DNA of 64,000 nt from Octopus sinensis (taxonomy: Eukaryota). The stretch covers positions 23,312,001 through 23,376,000 of the forward strand of contig NC_043000.1 in assembly GCF_006345805.1 (NCBI RefSeq). Reading direction: 5' to 3'. Position 1 is the first letter of the stretch; each line of letters starts with the position of its first letter. The translations under genes were made by a program, and so were the position numbers. Below the pieces are notes generated by a model, which saw only the letters and a list, made by a program, of their open reading frames with translations, was not told where the DNA came from and made no database searches. Positions 50,848 to 64,000 of the stretch are shown here, piece after piece.

Positions 50848-52825
50848 TCATCATTTAACATCCGTTGTTCATGCTGGCATGGGTTGGCAAGCTGATGGAC
50901 TGTACCAGATCCCAGTCTGATTTGGCATGGTTTCTATGGCTGGATGCCCTTCTTAATGCCAGCCACTCTGAGAGAGTGTAATGGATATTTTTACATGCCA
51001 CCAGCACAGTAACCATTTGTGTGACACCAGTATCTGTCACGATTGCAATTTCACTTGGTTTGATGGGTCTTCTACTCAAGCATGGCTTATTTTCAAAGGT
51101 CTGTCATTTGTCATTGCCTCCATGAGACCCAACATTCAAAAGGTCTTATGTGCCATCTGCACAGGAGCCAGTCCAGTGGTACTGGCAATGACCTTGCTCG
51201 ACTGTCTTTTCATGTGCCAGTAAGGCAACACTAGTAATGATCACACACGAATGGTGCTCTTAGTGCTCCACTGGCACAGGTGCCAGTCATCGAATTTGAT
51301 TTCATGTCAATTTCACTTGCCTCAACAGGTCTTCACAAGCAGAGTTTGGTGTCCAATGAAGGAAAGGTATGCATAAGTGGGCTGGTTACACCCCTGGCAT
51401 AGGTCACGGGTTATGGTCTCACTTGGCTTGCCGGGTCTTCTCACGCACAGCATATTTCCAAAGGTCTCTGACATTAGTCATTGCCTCGGTAAGGCCTAAT
51501 GTTGGAAGGTCGTGCTTCACCACCTCATCCCAGGTTTTCCTGAGTCTACCCCTTCCACAGGTTCCCTCAACTGCTAGGGTGTGGCACTTTTTCACACAGC
51601 TATCCTCATCCATTCTTTCCACATGACTATACCAGTGCAGTCGTCTCTCTTGCACACCACAGCTGGTGCTTCTTAGGGTCCAACTTTTCTCTCAAGGTAC
51701 TTACATTCTGTCGAGTATGCACACTGACATTACACATCCAGCGGAGCATACTGGCTTCATTCCTTACGCATGTTTTCAGCCGTCACAGCCCATGTTTCAC
51801 TACCATGTAGCATGGCTGTCCATACACATGCGTCGTACAGTCTACCTTTTACTCTGAGTGAGAGGCCCTTTGTCACCAGCAGAGGTAAGAGCTCTCTGAA
51901 CTTTGCCCAGGCTATTCTTATTCTAGCAGCTACACTTTCAGCACACCCTCCCCCGCTACTGACTTGGTTACCTAGGTAACGGAAGCTATCAACTATTTCT
52001 AGTTTTTCTCCCTGGAATGTGGCAGAAGTTCTTCTCTGCACATTTTCAGTGTTTATTGCTCCTGAGCATCTGCCACATACAAAAACTATCTTCCCAGTTA
52101 GCCTTCCTTTGATATTGCTGCACCTCTTATATGTCCATAGCTTACACTGGGTACATTTTATAGAGTTTCTACCTACGCCTTTTCTACAGATCGAGCAGGG
52201 ATTTATGGTTTGTCTACCTTCCTACTTATTAGCACTTTGGTTTTAGCTAGATCGACTCTAAGGCCCTTCGATTCTAATCCTTGCTTCCACACCTGAAACT
52301 TCTTCTCTAATTCTGATAGTGATTTAGCAATTAGAACAAGGTCATCAGCATAGAGGAGCTCTGAGGGCTTATTGCCTGGAGGATTATGGTAAGTAGGAGG
52401 GAGCTGAGGACTGAACCTTGGTGGACCCCTATCTCTACCCAGAATTCTTCACTGTACTCGTCAACCCTCACCTTACTGACAGCATCCCTGTACATAGCTT
52501 GCACAGCTCTTACTAACCATTCATCTATCCCTAGTTTCCTCATTGACCACCAGATAAGGGATTGGTGAACCTTGTCAAGGCTTTCTCCATGTCAGCGAAA
52601 GCCAGGTACAGAGGCTTATATTTGGCTAGGTATTTCTCCTGCAGCTGTCTTACCAGAAATATAGCATCAGTGATGCTTTTCCCTGGCACGAACTCAAACT
52701 GCATCTCATCTAAACTGACTCTCTCCCTAATTAGTTGAGCTATGACCCTCTCCATGACCTTCATTACCTGGTCCAACAACTTGTAATTATTTGTATCTAA
52801 AGCGTCACCTTTACCTTTGTAGCAG
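50848..52825 (-). mobile_element. 5'-truncated RTE LINE of the same family as 4788-7025
   Basis: LLDQVMKVMER, DEMQF, GVHQGSVLS, PHD-type finger, SFRYLG, RLHWYSHV, GRGRLRKTW, 3' UTR and tail; several frameshifts. Confidence 0.95.
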
Positions 52826-54089
52826 AATTATTAATTTTTTAATATGTATGTAATTTTGTCTATCCTTGTTTCACAGTTTTATAATTGGTTTGATTTATCA
52901 AAGTGTAAGCTTTGTGTAGTTTTATGCAACCAAACTGTTAGAAAAAAGTTCTATAATTAACCCTTAAATGGTTGGAAAGGGTTGTTGCATGAATGGGTAG
53001 AAAACAAAACTATATCTCTGTTCCTTAAGATTAGTTTTTAAAGTTATTTTCACTTTGAATAAGTACAAAACTATAACAATTGTTAGTCTCTTGCGCAATA
53101 AAAATTTAGAATCTCATTATTGGAAAGTGCCATAAAGTATCATTGTCTTTTGAGGATGGCTGTATCCATGTCAAATTTTCAAAACATCAGTTGATGGTGT
53201 CTGCTATTCTCCAATGAAGCATCAGTTGATGATATCTCCCATTTTAGGGTGAAGTACCAAAATTGTTGCTTGTTTGCCTGCTGTCAATAATAGAAAAGAG
53301 TTTACTTAAAGCTATTTCTTAAACGTATGGAAAGTGAAATCTGAGAAGTTTTGTAAATAGAGTATGTTAGTTTGGATGAAGAATATAAAATAAGTATCTT
53401 GAAAGTATTCCTACCTGGATATCTGAGCAAACTAAATTACTTAAGCAAGTAAAGAATGTACTTTGTATTCTCAAATATGGTGCATTTGGTGCAGATTACG
53501 ATTTCAAAATTGATTTATAAAATCTTTCTTCATTATTGTAAACAAAGTGGAGTTCTTTCTCCTTAGGTTTCAATCTTTAAAGTTTTTATTTTTATAAAGT
53601 TTGTTTTTGGCAATATTTGTCTGACCTTGGGGTTTATTTACGCAAAGCATTTTAAAAACATACAGTTGATTGTTTGAATGTTAAATTTGCCTTTTTAAAA
53701 GAAAATGATTTGTACTTCCTAGGTGCCAACATGGTATATGAGGTGAAATTCTGTAAATGTATTTCACTTGAATTCTTCTTTACTACTGACTTTCCGTGAT
53801 TCAAAACTAGTTTAATAATACAAACTGTAGATATATCATGTTTTATTAATATTTCACATAAAAAATCTCGTCTGTACTACTAGATGAGATCCATACACTT
53901 GCATTTCTCTATAATAGAGGTTTAATGATTATAGTCTAAGTTAGGAACAATGATACGATATTAATTGCAAGCATTTTCTCCTGTATACTGCCAGCTCAAC
54001 ATCTGTTTTGGTTTATCCAGAAGTGCAAAACTCCACCACTACGTGACTGTTTGCTGAAAAGATAGACATTTTAATTTTGAAATTTGTGT

Positions 54090-54272
54090 CCTTGTGCTAC
54101 ATAAAAAGCATTAAGTCCACTCTGCTGAATGGTTGGTGTTAAGAAGGGCATTCAGCTGTAAAAATCCTGCCAAAACTGTCACAGAAGTCTAGTACAGGCT
54201 TCAGCCTGGCCAGATAATTGTGCTACCATCTCACCCATGCTAGCATGGAATATGGACGTTAAATGATGATGA
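54090..54272 (+). mobile_element. Degenerate RTE tail
   Basis: CCATGCTAGCATGG...GACGTTAAATGATGATG. Confidence 0.8.
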
Positions 54273-55453
54273 GTTTGTTTGTGTGTGTGTGTAATAATTG
54301 AAGAGGAAAACATTTACTGATTCCCTCTATTTTCTCTTGTGACTGTCTTCCTGTGCACAATAGATTGAATACTTCACATAAGGCACAGCTTCTAAATTTC
54401 CCAAATTACTATACAAATGTATTTAACCATTTTTATATTAGTATGGTAAAATTTGCGATTTCATACAGGTCAGGAGTCCATTTACAGGCTCCTTTGTTGG
54501 TCTAAAATTTTGGTGTTTAAACAACTAATACAAATAAACCAGTAACTAAAGTTATTGTGGTTAGTTTTTGCAGAAGACATTACAAATTAAGAGTCAGTTA
54601 ACTCATTCATTTAAGAAATAAACATACTATTTTTGAAACTTATGCTTTTTCCTATAACTTGTTTAAATGAAAGGATTGGTTATATTGATCTGTACATCTT
54701 TGTGGAATACTGGAATATGGTGGTGCTCCTTCTAGAGGCAACCATTCAGCTTTCAACCTTTGTCATTTGCTGAGTAGCAATTTTGGTTGCTTCCTTTTTA
54801 AAAAGGAGTGAAGAGCAGATGCTTATATACAGAGTATCATCTATATATTTATTGGATGTGGGCCTTGAATGCAGAGGACTTTTGAAGCCTAGAAAGAAAT
54901 GAAAGGAGTTCATTTGCTGGATGTAATGCTAGTGTTTATGAATGACAGTAAAAATGAGTTGAGAGGAAAATTGGATACATGATGAGTACTCAAAATGGTT
55001 GGAAGAGGGAGGGACCTAGACAGACATGAGATGAAGAAGCAAAGACTAATTTCAAGATGACAAAGGCTTGCAGTTGTTACTGACACATTTCTTGAGAAGA
55101 CTTACCATTACAATCAAATAGTAAAATGCTGACTGATGGAGATACCTGGTTATCACACCTATTGATTTACTGTTCACTCTTCTTCTTTGATACCCTCTCA
55201 TCTGCCTATCACTCCAATTCATTCTGTCATGCCACCTGTGTAACAAGGGATGGTGGATCTCCTTGCTACCAACTTGATTACTCTTCAGGACCACAAGCTA
55301 AATATCTGTTATAAGAGATTTGCACATTAACTTCACAGTTTTATTCTTTGACTGGATAATTTTTCAGTTGTATTTTGTTGTCTATAACAATACATATTGT
55401 TTACTTGTAAGGCCAGCTAGCTAGATTTTGGTTTTATCTACATTGACTTTCAG

Positions 55454-55501
55454 GTCAGCCCTTCCCAAAGTGTCATTCAGCTTACTCCAACATGGATCTA
55501 G
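55454..55501 (+). CDS. Candidate 48-nt internal exon of the plus-strand gene (GQPFPKCHSAYSNMDL or SALPKVSFSLLQHGS)
   Basis: TTGACTTTCAG acceptor and TAG|GTATGT donor; length is a multiple of three; two open phases. Confidence 0.35.
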   Translation, partial: VSPSQSVIQLTPTWI

Positions 55502-55561
55502 GTATGTTTCTCTTCATGTCTCTCTTCAGCTTAGTCCAAGATCTATTACGACCACCTAGAA

Positions 55562-56131
55562 TAGTGTTCGTAACCTGGGTGTTAGTGTCCCCTTGGGGAT
55601 ATTGTATACTCACAAGGAGGGTACTAGGTTTTGGAATTTAAAATATGAACCAGGTACAATACTTAAATGTTAAATACAATTTTACAAAAGCAAAAAAAAA
55701 ACAACAAAAAAAACCCATCGTTGTCATTAGAATGATATCATCATCATCATCAGTTAACATCCATTTTCCCTGCTGGTATTGGTTAGACTGCTTGACAGGA
55801 GTTGGCAAAGTCAAATATGAGTAGGATATTTTATCAGTGAGCAGAAATATACCAACCTGCTTGATATTACCTTTGTTTTTTTTATTTAAATTTGTTGCTT
55901 TAAAACCTATCAAAATTTCATGTTTTTTCCAAATAACATCTAAAAAAAGACATATCTCACTAAATTCTTTATTCTTCTCAAAAATAATTGAAACAAAGGT
56001 AGTGTATTTTCAACAGAAATATGGTAACAAAAGGAATAATTTTTTTTTTTGCAAATCATTGGGTGGAGGTATTTGTAAAAAATACTGTTCATTAAAAATG
56101 GCATTGAACTGATAAAATTTGGAAACCACTG
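55562..56131. mobile_element. Non-autonomous hAT (Charlie-like) element with a nested RTE tail
   Basis: Termini TAGTGTTCGTAACCTGGG and TTGGAAACCACTG; imperfect 8-bp flanks ACCTAGAA and GCCCAGAC; (CAT)n tail relic near 55740. Confidence 0.5.
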
Positions 56132-57781
56132 GCCCAGACGGACTCCTTGATGCTCAGTAATAGTAGTGCAACACTGCTGAATACAACTGCTTACCTAGTT
56201 CACAGGAAGTAACATAAGATTGTTAATAGCCAGAGATTTGGGTCCAACAGTTAATCATCTGCTGCCCTTAATTAGAATAATGATAAAGCCAGAGCAGTGT
56301 TTGATAGGATTACATTGTGAATATTGCAATCTAAGAAACTATTTGTTAATTTGGCTTACATTTATAGCTGAGCAGTTTAAGCATGTTCATGTGTCTTGAA
56401 CTTATTAGATTTTTGACTCATTAATGTAATATAAAAATATGATTACAACCAATAAACTGAAATATCCTGCAACTATTGGATGATATCAGTTAAAGGTTTA
56501 TGTAGGTTTTATGGTAATTGTTAATCTTTATAAGCATGCAAAGAAGCTTTTTAAAAGTTTTCTTTATGCATGGTAGAATATACCATGTGATTTATGTCAC
56601 ATAGTATATTCTAAATTCAGTTATCTTATATTTTTAAAATGTTTTCTAATGTAGGACTTTCACAAACAAATATTTGAAATTGTTTGCTAGGCTAACATGA
56701 TTTATTAATCATTTTATGATAATGATTATTAAGTGCTATTAATGCATTATATCAACCTGCATGGTCATGTATTTTATAGGATTTTTATTTTAATTTAAAA
56801 GCTTGTGGTCTATGTATATAAGATTGCATTTACAAAATATGTGTAATAATATATTAGTTGGTAATGTATTCACTTTAGCTTATGAAGGTTAATTTTTGAG
56901 GACACTATCATTTTATTCAATATTAATTACATACTTTATTTAAAACTAGGTTTTCTCCTTAATATTTAGTAGCTGGGCTAAAACAGAAAATTATGCTTAA
57001 TAAAAGCAATTAGATTATTTTTTTCTGAATTGAGGAAAAAAATATTGAATGTAGAGATAATAAAAAATTTTCACTGGTTATGTTTGTTATTGGAAACTTA
57101 CAGGAAGTCTTCTATTAGTCTATCTTACTGGTTCTTTTAAGCCTTTGTATATTGTCAAATGTGTAATGACCAATAATTGTACCAAGTATTGTTGTAACCA
57201 TGAAGAAGATAAATTAGTCATGAAAAATGGCTTCATACATAAAATTATCCATCCTTGTATGCTTAAATTTACAAAATCATCTTTTTTTTTGTTTTAGTAC
57301 ACTGAGATTTACTGCCTTAGTTTTATTATCTACTTTTTTTATTTACCCAATTAGGACATTTTTTTTTATTATCTGTGATTTACAAATGTTAAAAATAGCT
57401 ACTAATATGGCTATAACAATTTTACAAGGTTTGATATTTTTAATGTTATTGTATGGTTAGAACATTTCATTCAGTGATAGTAATAACCTCCCTTTAGCTT
57501 TGGGTGATTTTTTTTCCCCTACAGATTACTGCAGTAGCTATTTTGTCGTTTCATGATGAACAAAGTACAATACAGTAATTGTAAAGAAGTTTGACTCTTT
57601 CGTATTTCTTGTATGATTTTCTTTGTTTATTTAATTATTGATTTCAATCATTTTTATTATATGTAATAGAATATTTCCAGAAATAGCTGTCAGAAAGTTT
57701 CAGATAAGTTGTCCCTTTACTAGTTATATAAAACAAAATATTAATGGGATTTTTAAGTAGCCTGAATCTGCTTTGAAGGCT

Positions 57782-57816
<35 letters not shown>

Positions 57817-58080
57817 TAGGGCCAGAGTTGAATGGCCGAAACCAAACAATATACATCTATATCATAAAAAGGAATCTGATCAGTTTATGAACATTTTTAT
57901 CTATTTCATGTTGAATTTTGTGTAAAAATATGCATTAAAAGACAGTCTTCTTGTTAATATTCCACAAAAATACTTAAATAGTTGAATTAAAATAAAATTT
58001 TTGTTATCATATATACAGTCTCATGTTTTCTGTATTGTTGTGAATAAATGTACTGTATCATTATACAGTATTCTTTATAT

Positions 58081-58411
58081 GGAGGTGAAGTGGCCCAGTG
58101 GTTAGGGCAGCAGACTCACAGCCGTGGGATCACAGTTTCAGTTCCCAGACCTAAGGCTCCACGATGCTCCAGCAAGGGGTGGTGGCGAACCCTGCTGTAC
58201 TCTTTCACCACAACTTTCTCACTCTCTTTCTTCCTGTTTCTGTTATACCTGTATTTCAAAGGGTCAGCTGTGTCACGCTGAATCTCCCTGAGAACTACGT
58301 TAAGGGTACACGTATCTGTGGAGTGCTCAGCCACTTGCACATTAATTTCATGAGCAGGCTGCTTCGTTGATCGGATCAACTGGAACCTTGTCATAACCAA
58401 CAGAGTGCCAC
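58081..58411 (+). mobile_element. tRNA-derived SINE (family C-related)
   Basis: TGGCCCAGTGGTTAG head with a decayed B-box; GC-richer body ending GAGTGCCAC. Confidence 0.75.
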
Positions 58412-60316
58412 AAATATTCTTTATATATGAATATATGTGAAACAAAGATTAATATCCTCATTCTTTAATGAATTTGAGATTTTCTTCCTAGGTTATATTT
58501 TTGTAGCAAAACAGCATTTATATGACAGGTTTGCGATGGCTTGCTTTTTTCAGCATCTCCTTTTTTACTGTCCTTTACGAGTAGTCTTATCAGATTAATA
58601 GTAATTTTTACAAATTAAAAAAAAGGATTTAACAATACACATACTAGCAATATTGGTTAGACCATGTTTCACTAATGAGGTCTAATAAGGTTGAAATATC
58701 TCTGTACTACCAATAGCTAGACTCACTCTCCACAACATTTTACTTATAATCAAATAATTTAAATTCTGGGGTTGTCTCATCTGCTTTCTTAATCAGAATG
58801 AATCATTAAGGTAAGAATTTTTTTATCTTACTGGTACAATTTTAATTAAGTTTACATGGTTCATTATACTAAATACATTGGCATCTATTTTACTGATGCC
58901 TGAATATATTGTTGCATGATCAAATGCTGTGATACTACTAAAACTGAGTAAGGTACTTGTAAAGCAGCAAGAGAGATTAAGTACAAATGTTAGCTTCTCA
59001 GATGCAGATAATCCTCAGCAATCCGTTTCCTAATATTTAAATAAAAAGCAGTGGGTTGCACTTATCATTTGTTAATTTTCTTGGGGGAAATATTCCTCAG
59101 TTTTTGTTTGCAGTAAATGTTGCATTGAAGCTCTTATGTCTTATGCCCATGGCTTATTCTACAACATATTTATGAACATTTTACATTTTATCAAATATTT
59201 CAAAACTTAAAGATTTTATCTTGATGGTTCTTGTTTTAAAATCAATATATTCTGTTGTCATGCCAACCAGAATCTTCACAACCTACTATAAGTTATTTGG
59301 TGAAAAAGGTTTACTATTGAATATTGAAGGAGTTTAAAAAATGTTAGTCTGTTATGAACAGTTACTTCGAAAATTATATATAGATTATAGTGTATCATTC
59401 TCTTTTGCTTCCAATTTATGATTAGTGCAGTTTATGTAGTTGATTGGTGAGAAATGAATAACTTTTTATTTTCTTTGATTTGAGAAACAAGCTGACTGTT
59501 GAGGTATGGAGAATTTCAATCAGAGTGAATTTTGTGATCTATGGTCAAGAAAAAAAATTGATATAAAAAGCTAATGGTAGCTAGTAGTAGAAGAAGCCAT
59601 TTAGTATTAATCTTGTCTTTAGAATAAGAAAAATCAAGAGTAAGAGCTGTTACTTGAAAGTAGGGGTTTTCACATGAGGTCATGATTGCATAGAAAAATG
59701 TGAAGAACTAAAAGAGATAAAAAAAAACCCAACAAAGCAAAGCAAGTATTATGTACAAGTAATCGTAACTTAAATCAATATAAGATTTACATGTATGAAG
59801 GAAGTGGGAACGTTTTGTCTCCAGTGTATTTAGTTCTATGTTAAATTAGCTTTGATTTATGACTCTTATTTTATACTTATCAATTTTCATAAATTTTTAA
59901 TTCATTTGGTGTTCACACCACAATAACCTAATTGTTTGTTACTATTTGTACTTTAACTTTTACTTAGTTGATTTTGGTAGTTGTGCCTTTCTGTTGACTT
60001 TGTGTCTTGTTGATGACCATGTTAAATCCAATTTGAAAGGAGTCTGGGTTTCATTGGGTAAAACTAGATTCTTCAGACTGATGAATAGTGTCTACCTTCA
60101 TGGCCTGCTGCTCTCTACATAAGAATAAGGGTGAAATTCATGATCAGAAAACACTCACATTTAAACCAGGTCTGACTTAAAGAAGTTTATCACACAGTAT
60201 GGCTAATGTATAGTTTTCTCAGACAAGTTATTTATAACTGCAGAGGAGAGAATGTGAGGTATTTCTCTTATTGGAATATTTAAATTATTGAAATGAGTTG
60301 TTTTGATTGCTTTTAA

Positions 60317-61388
60317 CCCTTTCGTTACTATATTTCTGACCAAAATACACCCCTTATGTGTTTCAATTAATTTCTAACGTAATCATAAATTTAGTCTGGT
60401 TTCATTAAACAACTATAACTTTTTTATTTATCAATATATTAATCTGATTTTTGGAAGATAATTTAATGAAATATTCTCAACCAATTCTATACTATAATTT
60501 TTGTCACAAAGTGACTCTAATTGCAGGTAGATACAGGTAAATTCAACAAAATATAAAATTATTAAAATTTTGTTCAAACATCGCTATAGAAAATGGGTTA
60601 TTACCTAATATTCAATTGGGTATACAACAAAATTTTACGATAGAATTTATTATTCTGGGTAACTTTCTGATACCCATATTTATGGCAAAATAGTCTTAAT
60701 TTCATTTAAGGTTATGGGAAACCACAAAGTATCCTTTCTTTCGTTTTGTTTACATTTAGCGTAACGGTTTGTTTCTGCCATAATGATTTCAAATAGGCTC
60801 ATTCGAAAAAGTAAAAAGAAATAGTCTAAGGCTTTACTCTTCTGGGAAAGTCTGTGGCTTGGTCCAGTTTCTTCAGAAAAATCACCGAAAGAAACAGTTT
60901 TTAAATTTTCACTCCATTCAGGTGCCAATTCATTTTCTTTATCGCTATCGGAGCTCTTGGATTCACTGTTTTCACTTTCGGAAAATGAAACATCAGATTC
61001 ATTATCAAATACCACATGCTTTTTTTTTTTTCAGTCATAGAGTTAGATTTATGAAGGTCTTCAGTAGAAAATCCTTCGAATTCTGACTCGCTGCTTGATA
61101 TAATGAAATTCGTATCCATTTTTTGTCAGAATTACAAATTTTGAAAACACAATAGGAACAAATTTCGGAAAAAAATCTCCCAAAATTCACGGAATTAAAA
61201 TTACACTTCGATTTTTGTACAAAACTGTAGTTGAACTGTTTACGAAGTATAATACGTGTTTTCACGAATGTACTAAAGAGATTTGTTCTGATATTCTCAT
61301 TTAAATATGAATAGGTAAATTCGGGCGGCTTTGGGCAGTTTGGTCACATTAACCAAAATTTTTTTCGGGCGGTTTGGTATCGAAAGGG
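60317..61388 (-). mobile_element. Internally deleted piggyBac transposon (1072 bp)
   Basis: TTAA at 60313-60316 and 61389-61392; TIRs CCCTTTCGTTAC and CCCTTTCGATAC (11 of 12 match); subterminal TTCGGGCGG twice; transposase N-terminus FSEETGP...ALDYFFLLF...IMAETNRYA...WFPITLNEIK. Confidence 0.92.
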
Positions 61389-62137
61389 TTAAATGACAAA
61401 GGTAGATTGCAGAAATTTAATAATTTGTTTTTATTTTTTTACTATAATTATTTATTGTGATCACTGCTTATTTAAAGTTGTGGAAATGATTGCTGTTTAA
61501 AATCATGTATCTATTTTGGATAATAAACGTTTGTATTAGTTGAGGAGATCAAACATTGGGATTAAAAACTGAACAACAATAATTTTTGATAATGATTCAA
61601 AGGAGTTCACGTCTGACAGTCATTAGTTGTTAAACCGAAAACCAATGGGTCCATAGTTGAAAAGCTGGTACTGCACTGGTATGCATGTCAAGAACACTTC
61701 TCACTGATTCATTCTACCTGGATTTTAAGTTGGTATTGTAAGTAAGTACACTGACTGTAGTTTAATTACTAATGTTTTATTGACTTGCAGTGCTGTATTC
61801 AAATCCTTTCCCATGATTTTTGTATTTACCTTAAAATTCTGAAATTAGCAGAAACAGTAGAAGTTGGGAAAATGATCTCGAGCTCACCAGACCATATTTT
61901 ATATAGTTGAGATGTTTTGTTTGTAGATGAATTCAATTTACACAAAATTTTACAATGATCCCAGTTAACAACTACATGATAAAACTACAAGATAGTTGCC
62001 TTGCTTTTTTTAAAGCATTGTATTGGAAAAAAAGCAATTAAAACACTATCATAAAATTAGACCTGTGTATTGTGTATTTAAAAAAAAATGTATATGTAGT
62101 ATATAAGAACATACAAGTAGGGTAAAGCAGTATTTAA

Positions 62138-62357
62138 CCTTTTAGTGTTTAAATTATTCTGTTAAATGTAATACTTCTTCATTCAAATTCATCATCATCA
62201 ACTTGAATTAATCATGCATTATCTTATAGCGTTGAGGTTTCTATAATGTCACAATTTATTTTTAGACTGTCAATGTAGGGTAGGTGTGAAAGGCTAGATA
62301 TCGCCAGTTTGAATATAAAACATGTAGAGTATTTGAGCCGGTTTAAACACTAAAGGG
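62138..62357. mobile_element. piggyBac-type MITE (220 bp)
   Basis: TTAA flanks at 62134-62137 and 62358-62361; TIRs CCTTTTAGTGTTTAAA and CCCTTTAGTGTTTAAA (15 of 16 match). Confidence 0.85.
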
Positions 62358-64000
62358 TTAATGCCAAGGAAAGTGTTTTATAAATTTTATAATTGCTGTC
62401 ATCTCGGATGGATCTATTATTTGAATTTCATATTTCCTATCATCAGGCTAGGTACAAAGTAAACCAGTCTGATGATTGAATAACTAGATGAGAGTTACTA
62501 GCTGTTATAATCACTATGTATATATATAAAGCACACACAATATGTATCGAAGATGGTTGGTATCCATACCTTTTGCATACTTTCTTTGACTGTTAAATTC
62601 AATGTGTTTGTAATTCAGTTTCAGTAGGTTAAGTTGATATTTGCTAAAAATACATCAGTGGCGTAGAAACTCTAGATCATTGCAGTTCTAAGGTAAACGG
62701 ATCAAATTAAATGATTTGTACAATATTTGGGTGGTGAATTACTCTTTGTTAGTTAACTAGGTGCATGAAAATTAAAGTTTAAAATTATTCTTTTTACACT
62801 GTTGTCACTTTAAAATCAAGAGGAAACTTCTTATTTCAATTTCTGTAAAAAGTTATAGTTGAATGAAGAAATTGAATATCTATTGATTCTTTTCACTAAA
62901 GTTTTCAACTATAGATTAGTTAATGTAATATAATTGTGTAATTATTTTTGAGATGTAAGGAAAGGACTAAAGTCTTTCATTGCTTACTTAATAACAAGAT
63001 CTTTATAATGGTAGCTGGGTGATTTTTCTCTATTTTGGGTGCAAAATGCTTATGAAATCTTTCTTTGTACTACCTGTTATGATAGTATTTTTCTGTATTC
63101 ACACTATAGAAAGAATAAAGATTCTATGTTTCTGAAATCTAATCACTTTGCATAAAGGCGCTGATCATCTATTTTTGAGCAAGTCTTGTTATCATTTAAA
63201 TAGTTTTTCTAATATAGAAATTTATATATTGGTTATTCTGAAGAATGCCGTGTTTATCATGATCATTTTAGATAATTTCCTGAAATCTAAATTTTTCATA
63301 ATAGTAATTTCTTTTGAATAGTCAAAGCCCAGTTTTTATAGGTGCTTTTAGTATTGTTTTTTTAATTGACCCCTTCCCCTTATTTACTGGTTCTTATTTT
63401 GAAATCAATAACCCCAAAATATTTAACAGAATTACATGAGGATATGATCTTGGAAACATTTCATTATTGATTTTGTGGCTTAAAATAAAGGTGGTGCTTC
63501 AGTATGGTTGCAGTTTTCTATGATGGAAGCCAATAAACTAGCTTAAAATGATAAAATAGTTCTGGCTTAAAACTATCAAATAATTTCGATATAATGACTT
63601 TTGTGATAGCACACGTTGACAGTTTTTATCAGTACTTCATGCTGCATTATTAGTTTCTAATCCTACCTTCAAAATTATATTACATGTGCACATCAAGGAA
63701 ATTATCTTCATCATACTTTCTCTATATTTTGAGGGTGTTATTAATATTTTTCTATCATAAACTATCATAATTTTGAAAGATAAGCACTATTACAAATTGG
63801 CAGAATATTGCTTTGTTCAGGTTTATTTTAAAATCCTCCTGCTATTGCAGATGTTAGTCACTATACCTAAAATATAAAACTAGAGCACCAATACAGTGTA
63901 GGTTATGAACAGACTTAGGTGTTTACAATCATTTCATGTGCATTTAGTCTGACTGTGAACTTAGGCCCCATAATTAAACTAAAAATTTACAAATAAGTAA

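Noticed and set aside
52957-52985. TTAA-CCCTT...AAGGG mini piggyBac footprint
   Set aside because: Only a 5-bp inverted match and no TTAA on the right; expected by chance
60079-60176. C/D box snoRNA (TGATGA...CTGA)
   Set aside because: No convincing terminal stem or recognisable rRNA-antisense element; these short boxes are common by chance
1-64000. Prokaryotic or viral system (defence island, retron, endogenous virus)
   Set aside because: No operon-like ORF clusters or viral hallmark genes; every recognisable RT or transposase fragment fits ordinary eukaryotic TE classes

Overview
Eukaryotic, AT-rich, repeat-dense genomic DNA. The repeat families look like those of an octopod cephalopod (Octopus sp.; inferred from recognising the repeats, no database search run). 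No rRNA, true tRNA gene, CRISPR array or long intact protein-coding ORF is supported. Most ORF-track entries are transposon fragments, their antisense frames, or microsatellite readthrough. Layout: (1) about 3-23 kb is a nested TE pile with RTE LINEs, three tRNA-derived SINE families, a Ty3/Gypsy gag-protease relic, Penelope-like terminal repeats, Tc1, mariner and hAT relics. (2) About 23-30.6 kb is TE-poor, keeps its CpGs and looks like a divergent promoter. To its left is a candidate small single-pass membrane protein gene on the minus strand (terminal exon 22420-22634). To its right is a plus-strand gene whose first exon appears to end in ATG|GTAAGT at 27945-27953. (3) About 30.6-64 kb is CpG-depleted and intron-like, with mostly antisense LINE relics, a fold-back mariner, two piggyBac-type elements and several short candidate exons that I could not assign to a known gene. 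The best leads are a PHD finger inside the RTE reverse transcriptase, structured RNA modules in the RTE 3' UTR, a minimal hammerhead-like motif in the Penelope-like repeats, a 69-bp near-perfect SINE fold-back, a 24-bp perfect palindrome in the promoter zone, and a sharp CpG boundary. I found no clear evidence of a wholly new biological system. Boundaries of degenerate elements are approximate.
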